Part shown: positions 1 through 13,537 of the stretch, one piece after another
Layout: each line of letters starts with the position of its first letter
Numbering within the stretch: position 1 is the stretch's first letter
NCBI RefSeq assembly: GCF_000150275.1
Contig: NW_002060974.1
Coordinates: 341,744 to 405,743 of the forward strand
DNA from: Trichoplax adhaerens
Taxonomy: Eukaryota > Animalia > Placozoa
Length of the DNA stretch: 64,000 nt
Reading direction: 5' to 3'
Notes under the pieces: model-generated
Seen by the model: only the letters and a program-made list of their open reading frames with translations
What the model was told of the DNA's origin: nothing
The model's database searches: none
Made by a program: the position numbers and the translations under genes

Positions 1-119
1 CCAATACAACTACCGTTTAACCTTAATATCAATTACACTCAAACTGTAGCGAATTTATGACGCGAATAAATATATCTAATAATTTAATTTTACCACTAAG
101 TTTACGTACGACATGTGCA

Positions 120-1079
120 TTAGCTAAGCAAACTGAATTTACTTTTGGTCTGTAACCATAATTTACTCCGAATTTGTCTATCAAATATTAAATAAAGGAC
201 TGGATTAAGAACGTTCAATGCTGTTGTAACTATATTACCAATATAAAAGAAGAGAAAGAGCACTAAGTTATCTAATGCGGTTTGACGTATACTTTTAGTA
301 CGAAATCCTATGAGAATTGCAGAAATAAAATTTGGCGTTACTATAAGGGCGTAACATATGGCTAGGCTAATTAACATCTTAATAAATCTCATTTTCTTCT
401 GGTGATCTTGCTCAAGTTGATCCGATGTCCAAAAGCCAGGTCGAACGTATTTCTTTTGAGAAACTGATATGCTAATATATGAAATTGCGATGATCGTAAC
501 AGGTATTAAAAACAGGACTATACCAAGTGTCGCAACAACGATAGCTTTTTTAGAATCCATATTTACGAGATCACACAGTAAGGGTGCGTCTGGGTACCCG
601 ACAAAGTATGATCCAAATAGTAATGATAGTATTGTTGCTACTATCCAAATAAGAATTTCACTTATTACTAGAAATTTTACTTTATGGTAACGATAAAATA
701 ATGACAGAGGTCGCACAATAGCAAAATAACGATCAACCGCGATTAAAGCTAAATTCATTAGAGAAATTCCGTTTGATATGGGTCCAATGCTCATAGCTAT
801 GAAGCACCATGCCGCACCACTTTGATAATCTAGGCTATCAAATACTGCAAAATAATATCCAATGATTGATTTTAGCGACGACACAATATCAGATATCGCT
901 GATATACATAACAGGCGATAAGTAGTCTTAAAGAAATCACGATCGGTAAGAAGTAATTCGACTATTGCAATATTTATAATCAATCCAGCCGTAGTGATAG
1001 GAAGAACGCCAATAATAACATCATGGTAAATTCTTGATGCAAGTTTCAAGTTTATTGTTGTATTATTGTAAGCGTCCAT
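120..1079 (-). CDS. Intronless class A (rhodopsin-like) 7TM GPCR, 319 aa, orphan
   Basis: Seven hydrophobic segments; TM2 'SAISD', TM3 'AVDRYFAIVRP' (DRY), TM7 'LNVLNPVLY' (NPxxY); N-terminal sequons NNT/NTT. A pyrimidine tract plus AG at about 1103 suggests a 5'UTR intron. Confidence 0.93.
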   Translation of the reverse strand: MDAYNNTTINLKLASRIYHDVIIGVLPITTAGLIINIAIVELLLTDRDFFKTTYRLLCISAISDIVSSLKSIIGYYFAVFDSLDYQSGAAWCFIAMSIGPISNGISLMNLALIAVDRYFAIVRPLSLFYRYHKVKFLVISEILIWIVATILSLLFGSYFVGYPDAPLLCDLVNMDSKKAIVVATLGIVLFLIPVTIIAISYISISVSQKKYVRPGFWTSDQLEQDHQKKMRFIKMLISLAICYALIVTPNFISAILIGFRTKSIRQTALDNLVLFLFFYIGNIVTTALNVLNPVLYLIFDRQIRSKLWLQTKSKFSLLS

Positions 1080-1449
1080 CGTTTACGAATTTGAGCTATA
1101 TTCTGAAAGACAAACAGATAGAAACAGTAAATCTATTTTGTTCCGGTAGAAATATGATAATACAATTTCGAGAGGTAGAGAAATTGGGATCTTTTGGAGG
1201 CAATATTCGGTTCAATCCAATAGCTAATAGGACGAATTTATTATCTGTGGGTGATATTTGCTAATTCGTCGCGTAAATTAGAAAGAATTAATCCTAGCTA
1301 AAAACGCGTTTGCTTATAAACCTTCGTGAGCATAGCGTAACAAAAGAGATAATACTTGTGTAATGAATATAATATTTATTGTTTATAGTCAGTCGTTGAA
1401 TGCAGGTATAAAACTCAAAAGCATATTAAGATATAGATGCCTTTTATGT
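870..1449. repeat. Near-identical duplicated block, copy 1 (copy 2 at 4425-5003): GPCR 5' coding end plus upstream region
   Basis: Match by eye from 'ttttagcgacga' through 'tatagatg', with scattered substitutions and small indels only. Confidence 0.95.
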
Positions 1450-1840
1450 CTTGGGTTCTTTTAAGCGAATGAATCATTAGGCATGGTACTAGCATTAAAC
1501 AATAAATTTCAAATAATAAATTACAAACTAAAGGTATCAACCTGTTAATCGAAAGAAAAATTAATATATATAATGTGTTTGTAAAGCTAATTCATTTGTA
1601 TTTATAAAATGAATTAATAAATTGTCGCAGTTGCATCACACTGAAACCAAACTTTATCCTCACGCATTAGCTCTGACCCCCTTTGTTATATATTGAAACT
1701 AATTGATTTGATTGATGGAAAACGTATTATAAGAAAAGTAATTGAGCATTTATTAGAATTATCCTCAGAAGACTAGAATGATGACTTATACAGTTTTCGT
1801 AAAACTGATTATAATGGCAATGAAGGGGTCGATTGGATTT

Positions 1841-4000
1841 AGAGTAAACTGCTCGGTATATAAGCATACCAAATGGATTTTCGAAAAGTGCAAATAAGAA
1901 TAGTATTGATCCTTTTTTCAGGTGATGTTTATACCGTTAATTTAATAAGCTGCTTATAATTTCTAATGTCGTTTCCTTACGGAAATAGCAGTCGGTTGAG
2001 TGAATAATGAGGTATTTGCTTTATGTACTAATATACGTTGAATTACCCAAGGGTTAAAGTATGTTCATTTTAAAAATATAAAAAATTAGGTTCAAGTAAA
2101 TGAGAATTTTTGATAAATTCCTGAATGAACTGGTACCGAGTAATATCGAATGGCCAATTAAAATACTTGTTGTAGTTACTGCAAAAAATTTCAAATTTTT
2201 ATCATAAAATTTTAAATAAAAACGAATAAGTTAATTAACTTCATAAGTCAATGTTTATTCCTCATAAGTTACTGCTTAGAAATCTTAAGCATTAATCTAT
2301 ACAAACATCAATCTTTGATTGATTTCATAGTCTATCTAAACAATATCTCCTTTTATCGGTCTGCAACAATGTATCACTCTTGTTATCACTTACTTAAAAT
2401 GAATATACTAACGAGTTATTCAGTATACGTAGCACAATTGCAATCATGAATAGTTTAATGATCCTCATATGAGTAAGTTTTATAGCTATGGCACAGTTAC
2501 ATATTTCTCATGCATAATTGTACGTTATATTTGTACAAAGAATCACGATTTTTGCAAATAATTTGTCCAGAGATATATAATAGTATGCACGTATCATGGT
2601 ATACTATTAATCTAAACTAGAGCTCTCAATCTGAAATTATTAGTCTGGACATATAGGGAGCTAAATTGATGGTTCTTAGTTCAAGATTTAATTTTCTACC
2701 AATAATACTAAAAGACAAAAACATGCAATGCAGCTACGTGACATATTAAAATGTTTCACATGTGCACTAAAACCGAAAGTATTTCATTTAATTAGCTTAT
2801 TGGCAAAATTTAATTATGGATAGTGTCAACAAATTATTTGTAAATATACTATTCAAATGAATACATTTTGATGATAATCAAACTCAACTATTCAGTATGA
2901 AAGATTTTTAAAATTATTTTCATTTATTCATAAAGCTCAGTCTATTATACATAAATATTATTACATTGCAAGTAGTCTCGCAGAAATAAAGTTATTGCAA
3001 TTTAAATTTATATGAATGTTATAACCCGATATTACAGAATTTTTTTGATTTAAAAATAGACATCAAACATACTAAAGCTGTAGCCGTGAATAAAATGGGT
3101 TTATTTTATTTTACAACTGTAAAATAAAAAAATTGTTATTAGACTGCAGCAAAGTACATTAGTTATCCTTTGTTACCTTTTCAGGAGCTTTCCTTTATTA
3201 TTTGAGAGAAACCCGCCCTGTTTACCTTGTATTAGTGATACAAATTAAAAAATGCGGGCATTCTCTTTCATTTGTATAACCTATAATAACGAATTTTAAT
3301 AATTGTGATTAGTTGTGTGGTCATTAATGTAATCTGGTAATTAATAAAAGATTCAATAGCTTTTGAAATCATTTTTCCTCGAACAAGTAATTGGAGAGAC
3401 GAATATCAAAATTGGATCATTCATTAAGACTATAGCACCAAAGATTGATATTCATTTACTGGAAACATCCCTCAGTGTGTCGTGATATTATTAGTTGACT
3501 ACAGTTTATTTCAAATAATGAATTTTATTTTTCTCAGGTTTTTTTCAAGCATGTTGTTAAGCCTTTACTATGACCTAAAGCTGAAGAGATTGTAAGAGTA
3601 AAGCTGTCCAAATTCTTCTTCTTTTTTGATTACTGAGTGCGGAAATACTGTCAATACTAGTAATGCGTTTTCGATCTGCAGGAGCAATGCTATTGTTTTA
3701 TGTTATTTTAAAAGAAATTCAGTTTTAATAAGTAATGTTTTATCAGTTTCAACACAATTCATATTCATACTTATAATATCTAAATTGTAAATTTCTCCTA
3801 ACTTTATCACTATTTTCATCCTTCGGTCTATCCCACTATTTTCAATAAGCGCATCAAAATCAGATGATCTCATTTCGAACAATTATTACAATTTCCGCTA
3901 TAAATGGTTCCGAAGATTAACAGATATTGAATCTCAGTGCTGACTCTGGTATTTTCTTTTGTAATTTAAAGTATAAAGTATTCGGAAAGGATGCAGTTCT
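1841..4000 (+). pseudogene. Possible heavily decayed LRR-receptor ectodomain relic
   Basis: Frame-broken fragments: RVNCS (1841) and ISIPNGF (1860), resembling an LRR N-cap; MFIPHKLLLRNLKH* (2251); IITISAINGSED*QILNLSADS (3882-3947), resembling the LxxLxxLNLSxN consensus. Confidence 0.4.
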
Positions 4001-4110
4001 ACTAGGAAAGGCTTACTTCAGGGTATCCTTGATATCATCCCTAATTTAATTATATAATAATTAATTATAATAAGAGATTACACATGATAGAAATATTTGC
4101 CACTTGATGG
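2270..4110. repeat. Older diverged duplication of about 1.8-2 kb, copy 1 (copy 2 at about 5140-7125)
   Basis: Collinear anchors: 'catgaatagtttaatgatcctca' (2446/5327), 'atgcaatgcagctacgtga' (2723/5481), 'taagagatta' (4071/7090). Confidence 0.88.
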
Positions 4111-4418
4111 AATGGCAATCACTTAATATCAGGTCTCATTTTACTTTCAACTTAATTAACTTCCGTTTTTATTTCAAATTGCTTTTATGAATTTGTGAGT
4201 ATAAACACCTGCCATTTATACCGTATTCGATTATTATATTACATTTTTTTGGAAATCGCAAACTCATCCAAATCAAATCATGAGACGCATTCTTTGTAGC
4301 ACTAAATTCAGTCCTAACTATCCTTCTGCGCAATTAATCTTGAACTTCTTGTTATCTTATTATTGGTCATGAGCAACTCCATTATCAAACTTGTTATATA
4401 TGTAGACAAATGGAGGCT

Positions 4419-4634
4419 CTAAGTTTTTAGCGACGATACAATATCAGATATCGCTGATATACATAACAGGCGATAAGTAGTCTTAAAGAAATCACGATCG
4501 GTAAGAAGTAATTTGACTATTGTAATATTTATAATCAATCCAGCCGTAGTGATAGGAAGAACGCCAATAATAACATCATTGTAAATTCTTGATGCAAGTT
4601 TCAAGTTTATTGTTGTATTATTGTAAGCGTCCAT
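4419..4634 (-). pseudogene. Truncated copy of the GPCR (N-terminus to TM2 only)
   Basis: 71-aa ORF nearly identical to residues 1-70 of the 120-1079 GPCR; similarity stops abruptly at about 4425 and a TAG follows. Confidence 0.9.
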
Positions 4635-5003
4635 CGTTTACGAATTTGAGCTATATTCTGAATAACAAACAGATAGAAACAGTAAATCTATTTTGTTCCG
4701 GCAGAAATATGATAATACAATTTCGAAAGGTAGAGAAATTGGGATCTTTTGGAGGCAATATTCAGCAATCCAATAGCTAATAGGACGAATTTATTATCTG
4801 TGGGCGATATTTGCTAATTCGTCGCGTAAATTAGAAAAGAATTAATCCTAGCTAAAAACCTGTTTGCTTATAAACCTTCGTGAGCATAGCGTAACAAAAG
4901 AGATAATACTTATGTAATGAATATAATATTTATTGTTTATAGTCAGTCGTTGAATGAAGGTATAAAACTCAAAAGCTTATTAAGGTATAGATGTCTTTGA
5001 TGT
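4425..5003. repeat. Near-identical duplicated block, copy 2 of 870-1449
   Basis: Direct sequence match. Confidence 0.95.
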
Positions 5004-5139
5004 GTTCAATCTTTTCAAACCTGAGAGTGATTAAGTATAGGCATTTACTCAAAAGAATATCAATCTATTTAATGAGAGTATAAAGTTAATTGATCAGAAT
5101 ATAAAGGATGATTTTAAATTAGAGAAATTAATAGTTACA

Positions 5140-7125
5140 TATATTCTTGGAAATCTTCACCATTAAGCTGTAAAAATATCTAGTGTACATTTATTTGATT
5201 TCATAATGCAGCTAAACATTAGCACCTTTTATCAATCTGCAACAAATATGTCACGGTCAGTCTAATTAAAAGAGATGAATATAATATCGTAAACTGGTTA
5301 TCCTATACACATCGAACAATAATGATCATGAATAGTTTAATGATCCTCACATGAGTGAATTTTATAGTTATGAACTAAAATTCTTAATCTGAAATTACTA
5401 ATCTTGACGTACAAGGAGCTGAATTGATGGTTGTTAGTTCAAAATTTGACTTTCTGCCAACAATCCTAAAATACGAAAATATGCAATGCAGCTACGTGAT
5501 ATAATGACATGTTTCTCGTGTGAATTAGCGGAGGGAGTATTCAATTTATTTAACTTATTATTGAAAGTTCATCACGGATATAATAAACAAATCATTTACA
5601 AATTTTCTGTTCAAATTAACGCTTTTTAATGCTAACCAAAATCAGCTATTCAACATAAGAGATTTTTAAAATCATTTTATACATTTATAAAGTTCAGCTG
5701 ATTTACGTAAATACCGTTACACTACAAATAATCTTGTAGAAATAAAGCCACTACAATTTAGATTTATATGAGTGTTTTACAATCTGATACTGTAGAGATC
5801 TTTTCAGTTAAAAGTAGACGTTAACATATCAAAGCTTTAGCTGTGAATAATAAAATGAAATTGTTTTGTATAAATATTTAAAGAGAACCATTATTAAAAC
5901 AGTTGTATATGAGTCAGTCGTATATTTCCTTCCGGCTAGGCTTGATTGACAAGAAGGAAACAATTCCTATCAGATCCAAATAAAGTTTATTAGTTGATCT
6001 TTGTTATCTTTTCATAAGCTTTCCGTTATTAAAAACAGTTATTGTATATGAGTCAGTCCTATATTCCCTTCCGGCTAGGCTTGATTGAGTAAAATGAAAC
6101 AATTCCTATCAGATCAAAATAAAGTATATTAGTTGATCTTTGTTATCTTTTCATAAGCTTTCCATTATTATTTGGGCGCAAACAGCCATGGCGACATTAT
6201 ACTAGTGATACAAATTAAAAATTACAGATGTTTAATTTAGTGGTATAATCTATAATAATGAACTTTCATAACGGTGACTTGTAGTGTAATCAGTCATATA
6301 GCCTAATAATCAATACAAGATTTAATAGTTTTTAAAACCGTTTATTCTCGAATAAGTAATTATCAAGGAACAAATGTTTAAATGCATTTAAGAGACAAAT
6401 ATTGAAGTTGAATCATTCATTAAGACTGTACTGTAGCTCCTACGATTGATACAGATTTGCTAAAAATCTAATTCAGTGTGGTGGGATATTACTATTTAGC
6501 TATAGTTTATTTCAAGTAATTATTTCTTTTATTGCATCACCGTCTTTTCTTTCAAACATCTTGTCCACTATTTACTGTAGCCTAAAGCCGAAGGGATTAT
6601 GAGATTAAAACTGCCCGAAATATTCTTCAAATTTTGATTCTGCGTATGAAAGTACTTCAATACTAATAATACATTTTCGATTTGCTGTAGCGATGTTATT
6701 GTTTGTACATTTGCAATAATGTTGATATTGTTTTAGAAGAAATCAGTTAATAAGTAATCTTTATCTTTTTTAACACAATTTATTTTTATGCTCACAATGT
6801 CTAAGTAGTAAATTTTTTCCTTACTTTAAGACTATTCTTATTCTGTCATCTATTTAATAATAATCGATAGGCGCTTCAAAATTGTACGCCTCTTATTTCG
6901 ATAAATTATTACAATTTCTATTTAAATGTGATTCTGGAGATTACTAGATATTGAAATTCGGTGCTGACTTTGACATTTCATTTTATAATTCAAACTATAA
7001 CATTATTAGGAAGAACTCAATTCTATTAAGAAAGGCTCTCCTCAGGATATTCTCGATATCGTTGCTAATTTAATTATACTGTTTAGTAATAAGAGATTAT
7101 ACATAGTAGCGATACTTCCCCACTC
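5140..7125. repeat. Diverged duplication, copy 2 of about 2270-4110
   Basis: Collinear shared anchors as listed for copy 1. Confidence 0.88.
5891..6170. repeat. Tandem duplication, 2 x about 140 bp
   Basis: 'tgtatatgagtcagtc...ttccggctaggcttgattga...tagttgatctttgttatcttttcataagctttcc' occurs twice head-to-tail. Confidence 0.93.
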
Positions 7126-7749
7126 AACAGCTTTTCGGCATTTTAATGCCTACATTCAAAAATATATCGTTTATTCAAATTTATTATAGTTTTTCAGATT
7201 GATCACCTAATCTTTATTGACATTGTCACAGACACTGTGTAGTGGTTTTAGCTGATTACAATAATAACATGAAGTGCTATAGCTCTTGAAAGTAGAACAG
7301 TCTACTACGCTTAGCGAAGTAATTATATGATGACTAAAATGATGAAACAGTGCGCTTGTGCTATTCGTACTATATAGGTAAAGGACATAGATAACAGCCT
7401 CATAAGTGTTTTTATGTAATATATTTATGTAATCATTAATTTATATGGAATTGAGGACGTCGCAGAAGTCGATTATCCTGTTCATTTTAAGCGTTTTTCA
7501 ATTATTACTACGAGGGAAAGAAAAGTGTTTTCTTCTCCTTCTAGTAAGCTGTTATTAAATGATACTTTTAAGGTTATCAAACACGATGTTGGTCTTATTG
7601 TATCGCTTTAAATAAGACAAGAATGAGAATAAGAATTATGAAATAAGAATTCGAGATTTGCTCACTTTTATTAACTTAAAGTTCGAGTTATTAGATTAGC
7701 ATGCTTTATTCGTCATAGGCTCCTGTATCAATATGTAGGAAAGTTCAAA

Positions 7750-10700
7750 GATATAGATTTATATGTATGGTAGATATATACCACTTAGCACTACATGTTA
7801 AGGTGTATATGGCGTTTTACTCAATTCAAATTCAATCACTACAGATGACAGAGACCAATGATAAAACTTTACTATATTTATATCCTCTTGTTTCATTAAT
7901 CAAATCATGTTCTTATATTATAACTTTATAGCCACAGATGCTCAATTGTAATTAAGCATTTAAAGATAGAGTATTAGAGAGATTGCAAAGATAATGGTAG
8001 CAAATGGATCATGATGTAAGAATCATAAGGGCTGAAATAAAAGGATAGTCAGAATTCGTGTAAGATATCTAAGCTAGTTACGCAGCATGTGTTCATACTA
8101 TAATTTTATTTCTGTCTATTTATTAGACTATCATTATAGTAATAAGATTTTTAAAGAGTAATTTGTCATGGTGATATTGATACTGATAATTAATTGCATC
8201 AGTCATTGGAGTGACTATCGTCAAACGTTCGCATATATATGGCTGCACTTTCACACAGAATATAGCTCATATAATTGTGTCATAGATCTCTTACTCTTGC
8301 TGGATATAAGAATGCTAACAATAATAAAGTATCTAACTTATTAATCATTGGCAATCTTGAAATAGATTTCTATTATATTTTATAAACCATTTATAGTCGT
8401 AGACAGACGAAATATTAAGATACCAACCGCAACAGCAAGAAATTGAGGCAGTGAAATTTTTTTCCTCTGTAAAAGCTTATTCTGTTTATACAGATAGCTT
8501 TTATAATTATAATTAAAGTTATCACAAATAAGTTACTGTAATTAAGCCTTGACCAACTTCCTATCTGATATCGATCTATAGTCACTTAGTTCCAAATACT
8601 TAGTATTAGAAACTCCATTATAGGCAAAAATAGCGCTCATACTATCCTATTAACATACAGTACCAATGGCGTTTATAGTTCCATTGGTAGTTGAATTTGA
8701 AACTCAATGATTTTTAATAAATGCTGATAAAGCAAAATCTAGCTCGGTCTCATTTAGTGTTCAATAAAGTTTTAGTATATTTCTTGTTTCGACTGAAAGC
8801 AGGATCATCAACAAATAGGTTTAATTCCATAAGGTTAATTTCGAAGAAGAATTATTAGAATTGTTTCAGATCAAATAGAAATTAGTTGCCTAATTTGATT
8901 AGGGTACAAAGTTTTAAAGGTTAAAGGATACTTTTAGCACCCCTGGTATTCGATATCTTAACTCCCAGTACTTGAATTTAATATTTAATATTAACCAGGT
9001 CGATTTATTTTACTTCATTCTAGCTTTAAGCTTATTATATACTTTGATATCTTTATTGTATCTTCTATACTATTGGCACCATAGATGCTGTATGATATTA
9101 TCTTCAATAATTATGTAGTCACTTACGTTAGACTTTAAAAAAATTTAAGATATTACATCCGGTTAGACATAAATTATGTATAGCTTCGATTCGGATCATT
9201 AGTTGAGTATAAGTGGTGGTTTTGTTCGCTCATTGCATTGCACATCTATGTCCTATTAATTAAATAAAGTTGTTGAAAGTAAAATTGATAGGTTTGAAGT
9301 AGATGGATAAATTAAATATTTTGGCGAATTTTTAACTAATAATTCACATTTTTCCTATATCCTATCCAATTGGGTATACTAGTTGTTATTTACGTTTTAC
9401 TTATTTATTTATCGACTTCATTTTACTTAATTCTACTTTGAAAATTGGACTGTTCCAGAAGTTGTGTTTAATTATTCTTTGATGTGTGGTATCGAGTAAG
9501 TTTACAATTTATTACATTCTCAGCTATTTCAGTACAATTCACCTCGGCGTCCTTAAAATATTATTCATACATTGTTGGGGATAAATGACTAAAAGCGAAG
9601 CATTTAATCCAATGGTCTACCGTTTTTTAATCAAGCCACTGTAATGCCGATGTAGTTTAGGAATAAGATGAAAGAGAAAACAATCAATTCAGGTATATTT
9701 ATTGATTTACAGTGAATAGAAACTGTCAAACTTTGAAAAAATACGGTAATAAACAACGCAGATTACAACTACATATTTACCGTATTTGATAATTTTACAA
9801 ATTATCTCAGTAACTGTGTTTATGTAGGGATGGATACGTGCAGGAAGTTCACAGTATTCTAATTACAAATTCATAAGAGGGTTTGATGATAAAGAATTAA
9901 TGTATGACCTTATGATCGTGTATTAAATACTCCTATAATTGGATTTATTAGGCATAGATATATAATTTTAATATTGTAATTATGATATTAATTTAGCAGT
10001 AAGCAAGAAAATAGATTGTTCTAGTATGGCTTATTGTTTTAAATGCATTTAAAAAGTATTCCAGTCGATATTCTCTAATATCATTGGAATATTGAAATTT
10101 CGGTAGTAAATAGGTAAAATTATAGTTGAATGATGTTAACATAGGCGAAAGACGATAAATATGGTATACTATTATTGATAGCCGTAGATTTCCTTTACGG
10201 TGCTTTAAGATTGAATTATTGACGCGCAAATAAGCGAATAGCACCGCTATTTCAACACTGGAAATGAAACGACCTAATTTTAGGTTTTCATACCATATCG
10301 AAATAAGCAGTTTCAGTTAAGTAAAAATTTAACTAAAGCGAGTGTCTTAATCGTGTAAATAATTCGCCAATATTCCGTATGCGCTAATAAGAAAAAAATT
10401 AGTGTGACGGTCTAATGACGAAATCTTCTCTTGTTTCAGATAACAAAATCAGGGAGATCCTTACTGATAGGTATTTTTGGAAATTATCCTAGTTCATCTA
10501 AAATTATAACAACGAATAGCAATATACAATTCGGAAAGTTTTCGAGTATTTGTAAATAAATTTAAAAGCAAGAGAACAAGTATTTTACAACTTAAAATCC
10601 GCTAATAGAAACAGTAATATTTCGCGGAAAAGTAAATCTTAACCACCAGTGTTTACTGGCATATACTTTAATTGAATGAAATTGAGCTGAAATAATAAAT

Positions 10701-11100
10701 GAACTTAGGACTTGAAGCAATTCTTGTACAAGTTTTTATTTCTTCCTTAATTGATAGAATATTCATTCCCAATATTCTCTATACTCTTACTACCATACAT
10801 TTGTATACAGTATACGTAAAATAGCCAAGAGTTCGGTATATTTCTACTGCTTTTTAAATTAATCATAACTACCGCATTTCTGGGAATTATTTTTATTAGC
10901 TGTTAAGTCAACAGTTTTCGTTGGTCTGTTATGTGCTAAGCATATATACTGTATGGCATGATAGTAGCTAAAAATATCTTACAACTAGTAACGATAAAAC
11001 TGAAAGTTTAATATTTGATTCTTGACGAGTTCACCTTCCGCTTATATAGATGAATATCGTTAGTAGCAAAAGAAAAATTGCCAATTTTAAAGATAGATAT
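7750..11100 (-). pseudogene. Possible heavily decayed LRR-GPCR (LGR-like) relic
   Basis: Minus-strand fragments in the expected order: LRR-like LSCKILVLLLLNLFTNTRKLSELYIA (10595-10518) and LEYFLNAFKTIS (in ORF 9993-10244); then TM6-like ALMILTS / PFATIIFAISLIL (about 8032-7969, frameshifted) and TM7-like NAIYTLT (7816-7796). Many stops and frameshifts. Confidence 0.35.
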
Positions 11101-13537
11101 AGCTTTACGGAGTAGAAGAAGCTATTAAAGTACGTAGACAAAATTGTTTATATACTATAACATTAGGGGATTTTGGATTAGCTACCTTCCATTTTAATAT
11201 ACATAACAATATAGAGTAAATTAAAATTTTACACGTGATTAGCTACTAGGATATGTACATTGTACAAGAGGTTTATTTTCCCTGTATGACATGGCTTTTA
11301 GACTACCTATTTCCTATTAGCTTTTAACACTGTGGCTGTTTTTTGAGGATTCCAATAAATAAAAACAGAATATACAAAGCGGAAAGAGTATTAAAATCAA
11401 CTTGAGGTCACGAGTCAAAGATCAGAGTGTCATTGGATAGCAATGAAGCCCATTCATTATATATGAGGTGCTCAAAATTTGAAGGAAGCCTTTTAAAATA
11501 AAGTAGTAGAAGAAGCCGTAACATAGGCATTCAAGATACTTTACTCCTATTGTTATATTATGACTTATGAAAATTACCTTTAACCCATATTGTTAAAAGC
11601 GGGTCTCAGCAAATCGGATAAATACTCACTACTGGATTATAATTTGCTTTGATCTCAATGACACAATTTCAAGTTGTAGTTTACATTTTTACATATGATT
11701 TACCCACAACCAAATATGGTATCTAATTTTAATGATTTAGACTTCATTTATAATTTATAGTTATTTTTTTTTAATTCAATTTAACAGTCAATATCATCTT
11801 TGTTGATCAAGAATGGTACCATAGCGTTTTTACCCAATCGATTTCGTATTCTGTATTTTATTTACTGGATTGATGATGTTTTTTTGATTAATTGCTTATT
11901 GTGCGATATTTTGATATGATGCCATAGGTCTCGTGCAACGTAGTTAATAATATACTAACAACTAATGCAGAAGGTCAAACAAGTAATGACAGCCATTATT
12001 CAATTTTCATCATTTCTGTATATCCCCACCTCCCACTCCATAATTATAGATCATTTTTCTATTCCCCTTTGGGAAGTTCATGTATCATGCGATTGTTTTA
12101 AAATTCACTTTAATACTAAGATTTCGGCTATGACCATTAATTAGTATTCCTGCTAGGTAGGATTTATTATGCCATGCTATAATTAAATGATACCATTACA
12201 GTTAAATGGAATATTTTTATGTAGTGGTATTTTTTATTAAGAACAAATCCTTACGCACTAAACTTGCGAAATCATTTCTGTAGCGATTACTGTAGATCGC
12301 CTAGCAGCAACATTAAGTTAAGCTAATATAACTGCAGCTGAAATCATCTGCCATAAGACGGAGATATTTTAGGTGAAGGAATGAATTCAAATTGCTAAGG
12401 GTATACTTGCCATATTGCTACAGTATCTTAACGCTTGCTAATAATCTAATTAGGCAATGACCATGGTCTAGTGTACGGGTTGTTAGCTCTACACAAAACT
12501 ACTGTAATTAGCTGAAATCACTACACATGGGTACACTAGTCTACCATCCAATAATTCGTATCATCTCTAGTATCCAACCACCATCATAAGGACTTTCCTA
12601 ATCAAAGCTACTACATTTACTGTAGCCACAGTATTTAGCACTTACACTCGCTCAACACCATTTTAAGGCTCCAGTTAATCTACAATCTCGCACATACAGC
12701 ATCAACCTACACTTTCTACATATCACTTAGTGATTTCCTATAATTTCTTAAGCTATTTTGGGGTCTGCATTGCAGAGGATATAAATAAAAGCGATCCATT
12801 TATAACTATTTAACATCGGCCATTGACCAACGTCATGACTGCTAGTGCTACGAGTAATATCGTTAATTTTGTATCATATTTACGAATTGAAATTTTAAAG
12901 CCCACTAGTCATTACAGCATCTAAAGGTGCTTTCAACGATGCTATCAAATTGATGATTTAATACTATTTCGCCCTTAATTAATATTGCAAATTGTCGGCA
13001 TTCATTTTGCGTCGTAAAGATTTGTGGTCTATAGTTTGGCTACCCAAACAGTACTACGTGTTAGTCAGTTCCTACATTTACCTGAGCGTCGTTTTGAACA
13101 GCCCTACTGGACTATACGAAATGTAGCATACATTACCAAGATGACTTGAATGTATGGAAAGCTAACTTTGTGCAGAATTTTTGTCCTGTAATACCATATA
13201 AGCTGCCTTGTGTCAGCAGATCAGAGTTTTACACAGACTGTCCATTCGCCGGTCACTCGACGCTACCACTGAAGCAGCAACGAACTTCGCAGTCTAGCGT
13301 AGGATACAGCACGTGATCTCTATACGATTCTGTATGACGTATTATGGTGATACGATACCCTCGATCGCCTCACTACTCATAGTCTGTTGGGCGCATGCGT
13401 GATGGCTTGTGGAGGTGGAAAAATGTTTAGTAGACTGTCTATTTGTTTTCCATGAGAGGATTTATTATTATTATTGGATGGTAAAGGAAGAAGGAAATCA
13501 TCTTGAAAGTAAAGGAGATATCTTCAAAGTAATCATC

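Noticed and set aside
13409-13537. N-terminal extension of the first BRF1 ORF
   Set aside because: Begins at GTG; TFIIB-family homology starts at the ATG at 13538.
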